Source: an uncultured Verrucomicrobiae bacterium (GTDB lineage: Bacteria > Verrucomicrobiota > Verrucomicrobiia > Limisphaerales > JAFGQR01). Taken from it: a stretch of DNA of 57,727 nt. Of this stretch, positions 11,558-20,857 are shown piece after piece (positions within the stretch are counted from its first letter, which is position 1; every line of letters starts with the position of its first letter). The notes beneath the pieces were generated by a model, which was not told the DNA's origin, did not search any database, and saw only the letters and a list, made by a program, of their open reading frames with translations. The DNA lies in assembly GCA_963788655.1 (NCBI GenBank), contig CAWBHS010000077.1:1-57727 (forward strand). Reading direction: 5' to 3'. The position numbers were made by a program, and so were the translations under genes.

Positions 11558-11995
11558 TCAACGTTTCCGACCTGCTACAAAACCTTGTCCTCCAGATGCC
11601 GAATTTCCCTCTGCAGGACAGGCGGGAGACGGTGTATTTGGCGTAAAAGACTTTCGGTCAGTTTGACCTCGAGCCGCTCGGCCACCAAGCGTGCCGTCAT
11701 CTGCTTGCACACGTGGAGATAGAACGATTTGGTATTGTACCGCGAACTGACTATTTCCTTCACCCGTTCCAGGGCCGCCTCCATCACGTTGCGGCTCCAT
11801 TCCTCATCCCATTTCTTCTCCAGATCGAACGATGATGTATCCGGGCGTGTCTCCATGAGAGTGGTTCCCAGCGGTTCCTCCTTCAGCAAACGTTGGTCGC
11901 CTTTCTGGTACTGCTTTTTGCGGAACTCGTCCTGGATACACCAGCGGGTGAGTTGCAGCAACTTCAGCCTTTGAAGGATCCCAGGGCCGGATCAG
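11558..11995 (-). pseudogene. ECF sigma-70 factor remnant (5'-truncated, nonsense codon, frameshifts)
   Basis: Reads DPALGSFKG*(shift)LLQLTRWCIQDEFRK...WDEEWSRNVMEAALERVKE...ARLVAERL, matching the region-2 end and region 4 of PVC ECF sigmas. The expected Trp codon is TGA and the N-terminus is missing. Confidence 0.7.
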
Positions 11996-12201
11996 TTGCG
12001 TTGCGCAGATTTTCCGATGACGCTGAGTTCCTCAATGATCTCAAAATTGATTCATGAACGGTTCCAGCGAGTGGAGGCGAACTGCTGCCCCGCTTCTCCA
12101 CTCAAAGCCGGAAAAGAGGGGGGTGCGCCCGTCCCGGGCCCGTGGTTGGCGCCTCACCAAGCACTTGCAAGCACCCATGTGGCTCACCATTCAGCGACCG
12201 C

Positions 12202-14153
12202 TCAAAAATCTTTGAACTGCTGTTCCCAGGACGGCTCGATAACCGGAACGAAGATGCCGGCCAGGGCGGGGGTTGAGTCTTATCTGCCGCTTGAAGGCTA
12301 CCGTTCCCGTTGGCGCGGCGGCGGCCATGGCCGTTGCCGGGAGTTTTGCGTGAGGGAACCAGCGGTGTGCTGTGTTCGCGTTTCGCTGCGGAGGCAATCC
12401 GGTGGCCGTGCGCCGGCGCTTGCTTCGGAGCCCCTTCCGCGCCCACCAAGCCCACCAAGCCATTGACCGCTTCATGCATGGACTGGGCATACGCGTTCAG
12501 TTCCTCGGCGGCGCTGGCGCTTTCTTCGGCGCTGGCGGCATTGGCTTGCGTAACTTGATCCAATTGGCCGAACGCGTGGTTTACCTGTTCGATGCCCTGG
12601 GCTTGTTCCTGCGAAGCTACGGCCACTTGGGCGGCCAGTTCGTCCACTTGCCGCGCTTTGTCCTGTATTTCGCCCAGGCTCTCCGCAACTTTGCTGCTGA
12701 GCGTAACGCCTTGCGCAATGCTGGCCAACGCCGTTTCAATTTTAGCGGCGGTTTCTTTGGCCGAATCGGCGCTGCGCTGCGCGAGGTTGCGCACTTCGTC
12801 CGCCACGACGGCAAAGCCCAGGCCCGCTTCGCCGGCGCGCGCCGCTTCCACGGCCGCGTTCAAGGCCAACAGGTTGGTCTGGAAGGCGATCTCCTCGATC
12901 GTTTTGAGGATCTTGCTGACGGCGTCGCTGGAGGATTGGATGTCGCGCATGGCCCCGGTCATGGCCTGCATGTCGGTGGTGCCGGTTTCGGCGGCGAGGC
13001 GGGCTTGGCGCGCCAGGTGGTTGACCGTTTGCGCATGCTCATTGTTGCGCTGGGCCATGCTGGCCATTTCTTCCAACGACGCGCTCGTTTCCTGGAGGGC
13101 GGCGGCTTGTTCGCTGGCGCCTTCGGCCAAGGTCTGGCTGGCGGCGGACACCTGGTCCGCGGCGGTGGCGGTTTGGTCAGTGCCGCTGGACAATTGGGCG
13201 GCGGCGCTTTTGATGCCCGTGAACACCGAGTTGGTGCCCCACCAAATAAAAACCGCCAGCAACCCAACCGCGATCACGATCATGAGGGCCGAGGCGGACT
13301 TCATCCGGGTCAACCCCTCAACAAATTCCGCTTTGGGGGCGATGGCCATGATGACCCAGCCCTGGCGGTCGAACGTGGCGAAATGGGCCACTTTCTCCTC
13401 GCCCTGAAACACGTAGTCCAGATGCCCATGCTTCTGGGCCAAAATCGTTTTGCCAAAATCGTAGTCGGCGATGTTGACCTTGAGGATGAACTCCTTGTTT
13501 TGGTGTCCGAGGGTGATCCCCCGGTGGTCGGTCAAGGCAATATACCCCGACCGTCCCAGACTCAGTCCGCTCAGAAAGACCTCGGAGAAATTCGCCAATT
13601 CGATGGGCGTTCCCATGATGCCGATCAAGCGCTGGTTGGCATCCAGAATTGGCGCGGTGATCAGGGCGACGGGCCGCCCGGTGGCCGGAGACGGTTGGGC
13701 GTCACCCACCCAGACCTGACCGGCTTGCGCCTTATGAATGTTGATGGCGTAACCGGGCAGTTGGGCGACGGCAATGCCGACCGATTTGCCGTCGATGGAG
13801 TCGAGGAAAATGGTGCCATTGGTGTCCGCCAGAAACACATTTTCATACACCGCGTTGAGCTGATGATAGCGGACCAGAAGCGCCCGCGCCTCCTCCCGGT
13901 CGTTGCCCGCACACGCCGCTTTGAACCGGCCGTTTTCGCTGAACATGACCGCGTCCCGCTCGCGGTCGGCAATCCACTGTTCGAGTTCCGTCAACGTGCG
14001 CTGCACCGCGGCGGCCATGGCGCGATCCTGGTTATCGAGGATCGAGGTGGACGCGATGCGGTAGGAGATCACCACCAGGGTGGACATCAACAACACGGTG
14101 ACCAGCGTCAGGGTAAGCACCAGCCGGTTTCGAAAATTAAGTTTCATAGTCAT
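12202..14153 (-). CDS. Methyl-accepting chemotaxis protein with periplasmic dCache domain; probable 1-base slip near 12270 (uncorrected ORF ends at 12102)
   Basis: Two TM helices flank a Cache-like domain ([16 protein letters not shown]). Signalling motif [40 protein letters not shown]. Confidence 0.93.
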
Positions 14154-14189
14154 TTTAACATCAATGCGTTTAAACGGGGCGTCTTGTTC

Positions 14190-14206
14190 AGCAAGTATGG
14201 AGCCAA
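14190..14206 (-). promoter_or_regulatory. Putative sigma54 (-24/-12) promoter of the MCP gene
   Basis: Minus strand TTGGCTCCATACTTGCT has GG-N10-GC with the TGGC...TTGCT consensus, ~37 nt upstream of the ATG. Confidence 0.6.
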
Positions 14207-14492
14207 GCTCGAAGATGTGGGCTTGCGGGTCCGCCCTGACTGAGTTCTTCAAGGCGACCCTCGGCCAGGCTGGTGGCGCCGTGCATGGCGCGATGCGGCA
14301 AATCCCTGCCGAGACTTCAGGGTTTTTCCTGACGCCGTTGGCGTTGGGGTTGCTGAGAATGCCAACGGTGTGGCCCAAATGTCCGAACCCGAAAAGCCGA
14401 TGGGGCCAACCAGTGCCGTGCGCTTGGAGGGAGCATGACCCTGGTTTTCCGGCGGCCACTCCTGATCGTTCCACCTGAACACTTATCTTCTG

Positions 14493-14723
14493 GTGAAGAT
14501 TCGCTTTCTGAACATCCATTCCTGCCGCGACATGTCGTGGATCAATGAGAAGCTTTTGTGCATCCGGGTTTGGTGGGGGCGGATCTGCGGCACCGACTTG
14601 ATTTTCAACGTCGAGCAGGAACGATTCATCTACCGCGAAATGGTCTGGGACGGAGGCATTCCCTATTATCAGATCCAGGAGGGAACGAAACAGAACACCA
14701 AGCAATCGGAATCGAAACCATAA
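14493..14723 (+). pseudogene. Short hypothetical protein or C-terminal gene remnant
   Basis: Protein-like composition ([26 protein letters not shown]), but an in-frame TGA lies a few codons upstream and there is no clear RBS. Confidence 0.35.
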
Positions 14724-14797
14724 CTGTGTTCGCAGATTAAACCGTTCTGCGATGCCGAGTCATTCCGAAATGCGAATGCCAAATTCCGAATGAAGGT

Positions 14798-15836
14798 TCA
14801 ATGTTCGCCTTGGGGAATCGTGTAATACTCGTATCGGATGCGCCAGGTGAATTCCTCGCCGGGCTTGAGGCTCATGTCGATGAAAGGTTCAATCGAGAGC
14901 GGCGCCCGGATCGCCCACAAGGCCAGCCGGGACAGCGGTCGATTTGCCGTGATCCGGACCCCCACCCCCACGCGCCGGTTTTCGATCCGGAGGTCATAGT
15001 CCTTGGCATCCGCGCCAAAACCTTCGAGGTTCAAGTACCACGCGGTCTTCACCGGTCAGCGTCTTGGAAAAGGTTAGGTGGTTCTCGTGGACCTCCGCGA
15101 GGGTGCTTCCGGTCGGTGACGAGGTGCGGATTCGGAAGGGAACCGTGAGCGAGAAATCGGGACTGGGCGACAGCCGGTCGAGATACAGGAAGTTGTGATT
15201 ATAAACGCTGGTCTGGATGACCCGCTGGCCGGTGTTGCGCAAGGTGTGGGCGAGCACCATCTGCGGTCGGTCGGGAGCGACCGACACAGATTTGCGGTAT
15301 TCATAAGCGTAGCCGGTCAATGAATCCGCCAACTCGTGTTTAAACTCAATGGAATCTGGCCGCCGGGTGACCGTCCATTTGCCGCCGTCCAGGATCGGAT
15401 AGAGCTGGAAAGGATCGTAGTTCTGGTCATCGGGCTTGCGCAGCACGCCCACGCCAATCTTGATAAACGTTCCGCCAGCCTTGGCCTGCGCGAACCCCAG
15501 CCCCTTGCCGTCGGTCGTAAATTCCTCCGCCGGACCGGTGATGGCCGTGCAAGGACTGGCAACGATATTGGTGCCATCATAGACAAAGTCGTGGACGCGC
15601 GGATCGGTTCGTTGGAACCAGGGTGGGTAATACTGGTGTCCGGCGTACTCAAGCCCCGCGACCACCCCCGACCAATCGAACCGGGTGCCGCGGTAGCATC
15701 CGGTGTTCGAATCCGGGAGCGCCAGCGTGACGCGAAGCAGGCCGTTGGTGATTTCCGCCGTGGGCGCCGCCGTGGATGAGACGCAAATGCCGACCGTGAA
15801 CGAAAAGCCAAGAATTATCCATGCAGTGGTTGTCAT
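14798..15836 (-). CDS. Secreted hypothetical protein, possibly galactose-mutarotase-like fold; frameshift ~15040
   Basis: Signal peptide, YRGTRFDWSG and YNHNF motifs. C-terminal LWAIRAPLSIEPF...WRIRYEY continues in the adjacent frame. Confidence 0.65.
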
Positions 15837-16495
15837 AGACTTTGAGCGTTGCGCGCGGTGTTCGCACGAACAAGCACGAACTTTCTTTGGTTGGAAGGTC
15901 GGGCGGTGAGATTCTAACGTATGACCTGCTTTGGGCCATTCCTCCATTGCATGTTATACGTTGACCGTCTGTTGCACAGACATCACGGGGAACAAAACCA
16001 CCGCGACCGTGCTCGTGACAGTCGCGGACACGAAGGAGAATAATGTCGGGAAGAAGGCGAAGGCCAAGCAAGGTATTGGCTGAATAGCCCGGGCAATTGC
16101 ACTGTATGGTGGCATTGACAATGACGACCACCACTCTCCAGCGCGGCTTGCTGCCGCCTGAGATAGGCCCGTGACGTCTCGCACTGCCTCGCCCGCGTCA
16201 CCCAGGTTTCAATCTGCGGAATCGTCGGATTCCGATCGTCAGACTGTCCGAACTATCCTGAAATCGAAGAGGATTGCAGGCCCCAACCTGACAGTCTCAG
16301 GTTCCGCGTCCATTGCCACACCTCCTGCCTGCCCATGCTTTATGAATATCGGTAGCTACTGATTAAATTTAGCTTGACTGCCTATTGGGGCCGCCAGATG
16401 CTGCCCCCTCGATCGGGAAAAAGGGATACAAATCGGAGGACGGGGGGAAAGCTCGTCCCAAAACAACCAAAACCATGACGAATCGAAAGAATAAC

Positions 16496-17992
16496 ATGAA
16501 ATTCATAACCAGACTATTCAACCTCCCGGTGATCAGCGCTTTGGGCGCTACCTTGATGGCGCTCGGCGCGAATGCCGGCGCCGCAACCATCAACGTGCCG
16601 GCGGATCACGGGACCATCCAGGCCGCCATCAATGCCGCGAGCAGTGGCGACACTATTGTGGTCGCGCCGGGCACCTATACCGAAAACCTCACGCTCAACA
16701 AGAGCCTGACGCTGCAAGGCGCCCAGGCAGGCGTCGATGCCCGGGGACTCGTTTCCGGCGCGCCGAATCCCGCGACCGAATCCATTGTGACAGCGGCAGG
16801 TGGGACGCTGCTAACTCTCCAAGCGGGATCGGCTGGGAGCGTCATCGACGGCTTTGCCTTCTCAGGCGGCGCCAGAGGCATCGAATCTTCAAGTGGCCCG
16901 ATTGATGGTTTGGCAATTCTGAACAACCATGTCGCTGAGTTTACCGGGAACGGACTATTTCTCAACGATAACGGGATTGATGTTACCATCGGTCAGAACG
17001 TTGTGGATGGTTCAGCCCAAACCGGCGCCGGTGGCTTGGTGCATCTGGACCAGGACAACTTCGCCGGCTTCCAATTGCTCGACAACTGGATCATCAACGG
17101 CATTACCGGGACCGGCTTTTTCGTTGATGGCAATCACAACGTGGGTGCAAGCGCCAACCGCGCTCCGTTGATTCAGGGCAACCTTATTGCCGGAAACCAA
17201 ACCGGAGCCAACCTCGGTACTCGCGCTTTTGAATACGGCGAGATTCGCAACAATCAATTCGAGGACAACGCTTATCCCGGGCTCCAAGGCGGCATCCAGA
17301 ATTCGTTGATTACCGAAAACATGTTTCGCAACAACGGACGGGGGGGACTTGAATTGACGGGATTTGGTCATCCGGAGATCCCCACACGAGGCGCGCAAGG
17401 AAATATGATTACTTGCAACTTGTTCGAAGGAAACGGGTTTATTCACGATGGTGAAGGCATTTTCTTCAGCGCTTCACAGTATCCCGGTTCGATTTCGAGC
17501 AATGAAGCGCATGACAACAACATCGTCGGCAACAACCGTGGGGTTACATACGCCGGGACCGAGACCATCAACGTCGAATACAATTGGTGGGGCAGCGCCA
17601 GCGGCCCGAGCGGCGCCGGACCGGGAACCGGTGATTCGGTTCCGGCTACCGTGGACTTCGATCCGTGGCTGACGGCATCGTCGCCGTGCGTTCCGTTACC
17701 AGATGCCGATGGCGATGGCGTACCGGATAACACCGATAACTGTCCGAACTCCGACCTGAACCCGACGGTGGTGATCGACGGGTGTGATACAGGCGTGCCG
17801 AACGTTATTTCCGCTGACGGTTGCAGCGCGAATGATTTGATCGCTCAGTGCGCCGCGGCTGCCAACAACCACGGGCAGTTTGTCAAATGCGTGGCGGCGC
17901 TCAGCAATTCCCTGAAGAGCGCGGGGACGATCTCGGGCAAGCAAGCCGGGGCCATTAACAGTTGTGCCGGCCGGTCGAGCATTGGCAAGTAG
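16496..17992 (+). CDS. Secreted right-handed beta-helix (pectin lyase-like) protein with Ca-binding DxDGDG motif and Cys-rich C-terminal domain
   Basis: Signal peptide, VPADHGTIQAAINAASSGDTIVVAPGTYTENL, Asn-ladder repeats, NWWGSASGP, DADGDGVPDNTDNCP and NHGQFVKCVA. Confidence 0.85.
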   Translation: MKFITRLFNLPVISALGATLMALGANAGAATINVPADHGTIQAAINAASSGDTIVVAPGTYTENLTLNKSLTLQGAQAGVDARGLVSGAPNPATESIVTAAGGTLLTLQAGSAGSVIDGFAFSGGARGIESSSGPIDGLAILNNHVAEFTGNGLFLNDNGIDVTIGQNVVDGSAQTGAGGLVHLDQDNFAGFQLLDNWIINGITGTGFFVDGNHNVGASANRAPLIQGNLIAGNQTGANLGTRAFEYGEIRNNQFEDNAYPGLQGGIQNSLITENMFRNNGRGGLELTGFGHPEIPTRGAQGNMITCNLFEGNGFIHDGEGIFFSASQYPGSISSNEAHDNNIVGNNRGVTYAGTETINVEYNWWGSASGPSGAGPGTGDSVPATVDFDPWLTASSPCVPLPDADGDGVPDNTDNCPNSDLNPTVVIDGCDTGVPNVISADGCSANDLIAQCAAAANNHGQFVKCVAALSNSLKSAGTISGKQAGAINSCAGRSSIGK

Positions 17993-18016
17993 CGGGTTTA
18001 GTTCAACCCATCGTTT

Positions 18017-18051
18017 AAGGGGGGCCCACTTAGTTGGGCCTCCTTTCGTTT
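18017..18051 (+). terminator. Intrinsic terminator
   Basis: Stem AAGGGGGGCCCA / TGGGCCTCCTT followed by a T-rich tail, 25 nt after the stop codon. Confidence 0.65.
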
Positions 18052-18349
18052 CCAGCCACCGACTATCGATTGGTGTTCGAGATCTCCGGCCTGGACAATG
18101 TCGAGGTCCTGACGATCAATGCAGAGCGCGGCACGGTGGACACCGCGCGGTTCAAACCAGGCCGTTTGGAGACGAAAATGGACGCCGAGTGCAGCCAAGT
18201 CGGACGCATTCCCAGGCGCTGGTGCATCTGTCCGCAGGGGGTTCCTAAAGACATCCGGTTTTCCCTCAATTCCGCACAGTTGTCGCCGGCTAAAAATGCC
18301 ATCTTTCCTGAATGCAACATCCACTGCCCGCAGTCCAATGCGTCGTCTC

Positions 18350-20731
18350 ATGAAATCAATTCTCATTGGTGGCTGGTTATTATTGGCGGGCTTGGGCGGA
18401 CTGGCGGCGGACACAACGCTGGTGGCTCCCGAGCCGGACACCCCGGAAGCGATCGTTTATTACGACCTGACTCCGCTGTTTGCGCTGGACTTGAAAGATC
18501 CGGCGCAACGCCGGCGGTTTTGGGACGAAACTCATTTGGTGGTAGCGTTGCAGGGACTGGTGAATCGCTCGGCACCACGGCTGTTCATCCGCTATGTCCA
18601 ACAGCCGGATGATTTCTGGTGGGAACAAATGACCGCACCCCACGGATGGTTGGCCGGCAGGACCGTGGTTCGAGTGCCAAGCTTGGCCGAGTTATTGGAG
18701 CGGTTCCGATCATTTTATCGCGGGGCAGTAGTGTGGGATGAACGCTTACCGGCGACGTCGAACCTGGCGTCGTCCATTGCCGGTTGCGACGATCTCCTCT
18801 GCCTGCGGTACGACAAAACGAAAGGCTCGTTATATCGGCGGCTCACTGAAGCCGAGCCCCGGTTGGCCGTGAAGGTCCGGTTACTGCGCGAGGATGGCGG
18901 GCCGCTGTTCACGGGTACGGGGAACATTCCGGACACGTCCCTGCCTTCGACCGGGAGCGCCAAGTGCGATGCCTATCTGTGGCTGATCGAGCATTACCTC
19001 AAGACCGGCAAAGCCAATCCCCATCGGCTCGGTTATTATCTCGATGCGTTTTGGTTAAACTGCTGGAACGTCAGCGGGCCGGTAAACCACACGCTGTCGA
19101 ATCACGATTACGTCATCGCGCACCGTGGCTTGCTGTTCGATCTCAATGTCTGGGACGACGAAGCGTGTGTGGACGATCCGGACCAACAGCTTGGGACGGA
19201 CGTGGCTACGTTGCGGAAATTGTTGCGCGCTGCTTGGGATTGCTTTGGCGGCCAGGGAGTCATTCACGTGGCCGGCTTTGTGCCGTGGGCCTTCAAATAC
19301 ACCACGCACCATGGTGGCAATTGGTCGGCCGGAGGCAAACATGAACCAGTGCCGACCGAGTGGCGTTACGCGGAAATCCTTTCCTGTTTCAACGCCTACA
19401 TGGATGCGGACGCGTTGGGCCTGGGCGCGATGGCCAATGCGTCTTTCTTTCAACATTACCCCCTCAAGAAACATTATGCGCAAAATCCCAAACCTACGCG
19501 TGCCAGTCTCCAGGCCAGCGGTCTATTGGACACCCAGGGTCGCATCGTTCCTCGGCGGTATGTGGCGCATTACGTGGGCGACTACGATGCAGCGGCGTGG
19601 CTTTACCAACAACTTCCCCGAATGTGGCGCGACCCGGCGCGTGGAAGCACCCCGCTTTCGTGGGCATTCAATCCGAACCTGTGCGAACGCTTTCCGCTGG
19701 GCATGGCGTGGGCCCGCGAGCGGCGCACCACGAATGACTTCTTCGTGGCCGGTGACTCGGGGGCCGGCTATTTGAATCCCGGAAATTTGGTCGAACCGCG
19801 CCGTTATTCCGGATTACCATCGGGAGTGGCGGCGTGGGAGGAGCATTGCCAAAAACTCTACCGGCGATGGGACCTCTCCGTAACTGGTTTCATCATTGAC
19901 GGCTATGCCCCGGCCATGTCGGACGAAGTGTTGGACGCCTACTCCCGATTTTCACCCGATGGCATCGTGGCGCAAAAGATTCCGCAGCAAGGTCTGCATC
20001 GTGGCATGCCGTTCCTCCGCATGCGCACCGATTTGCCTTCAGACCCGACGCAGGCCGCGCGCGCGTTATATCATCTGGCCGGCGGATCACCGCCACAATT
20101 CGTGGTGGCGCGGTCCATTCTCCAGCCGCCATCCTGGTATGCCCGCGTGGAGCGGGAATTGCATAAGCTGGGCGGAGATGACGTAAAAGTCGTGGACCTG
20201 TACACGTTGTTCTGGCTGGTGCGCGAATATGAAACGCATCACGATCAGTACGCCGACGAACGATTTGCCCAAGCGACGGTGGTGTCCGGACAGCCCGGAA
20301 GCCACGCGGGAGTGAACGCCGTCTATGTCGCCGACGGGCCGTTTACGGCAGTCCAACGTGACGGTCGGCCTTGTTGGCAGTTGCCGCGGCATCAACCGCC
20401 ATTCTACCTCTATTTCAAGGTGGCCGAAGGCTTCCTTCGCGCGGGTGCCGGGCCGATTGAGATTGAGTTGGAGTATCTGGACGAAGGCAAAGGCCAGATT
20501 GAACTGCAATACGATTCCACGGATTCGACGGCGCCGGTGGACGGGGCTTATAAATCGTACGCGCCGCCAGTGAAGCGCACTGATACTGGCGAATGGCGAG
20601 CCGCGAAGTTTCGGTTGGCAGACGCCCGGTTCTCCGGCTCGCAGAACGGGATGGCCGATTTTAGATTCTACAATGCCGGTGACGATTTGCTGGTGCGCGC
20701 GGTGCGCGTGCTAAAACTGAAAGCCCGCTAA
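18350..20731 (+). CDS. GxGYxYP-family putative glycoside hydrolase with C-terminal beta-sandwich
   Basis: Signal peptide, ALQGLVNRSAPRLFI, YVGDYDAAAW, PLSWAFNPNL and GDSGAGYLNP. Confidence 0.75.
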   Translation: MKSILIGGWLLLAGLGGLAADTTLVAPEPDTPEAIVYYDLTPLFALDLKDPAQRRRFWDETHLVVALQGLVNRSAPRLFIRYVQQPDDFWWEQMTAPHGWLAGRTVVRVPSLAELLERFRSFYRGAVVWDERLPATSNLASSIAGCDDLLCLRYDKTKGSLYRRLTEAEPRLAVKVRLLREDGGPLFTGTGNIPDTSLPSTGSAKCDAYLWLIEHYLKTGKANPHRLGYYLDAFWLNCWNVSGPVNHTLSNHDYVIAHRGLLFDLNVWDDEACVDDPDQQLGTDVATLRKLLRAAWDCFGGQGVIHVAGFVPWAFKYTTHHGGNWSAGGKHEPVPTEWRYAEILSCFNAYMDADALGLGAMANASFFQHYPLKKHYAQNPKPTRASLQASGLLDTQGRIVPRRYVAHYVGDYDAAAWLYQQLPRMWRDPARGSTPLSWAFNPNLCERFPLGMAWARERRTTNDFFVAGDSGAGYLNPGNLVEPRRYSGLPSGVAAWEEHCQKLYRRWDLSVTGFIIDGYAPAMSDEVLDAYSRFSPDGIVAQKIPQQGLHRGMPFLRMRTDLPSDPTQAARALYHLAGGSPPQFVVARSILQPPSWYARVERELHKLGGDDVKVVDLYTLFWLVREYETHHDQYADERFAQATVVSGQPGSHAGVNAVYVADGPFTAVQRDGRPCWQLPRHQPPFYLYFKVAEGFLRAGAGPIEIELEYLDEGKGQIELQYDSTDSTAPVDGAYKSYAPPVKRTDTGEWRAAKFRLADARFSGSQNGMADFRFYNAGDDLLVRAVRVLKLKAR

Positions 20732-20857
20732 TGCGTAGCAGCATCCGGTTTGACCTTTGCCCGGATTTATCGGTGAATAGACGGAGTGACCATCGCATCG
20801 ATAGAAGTGCATTACTGAATGATTACTTTAAACCTCGGAACATTGATTAGCTCTTGG

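Noticed and set aside
12372..14243. Long antisense ORFs (also 6087-7952, 43687-45621, 22103-23326)
   Set aside because: They are shadows of well-supported opposite-strand genes and have no recognisable motifs.
14154..14705. N-terminal extension of the MCP ORF, or a c-di-GMP riboswitch in this region
   Set aside because: TM1 begins right after ATG 14153/14147 and a sigma54 motif lies inside the extension. No GEMM consensus was recognisable.
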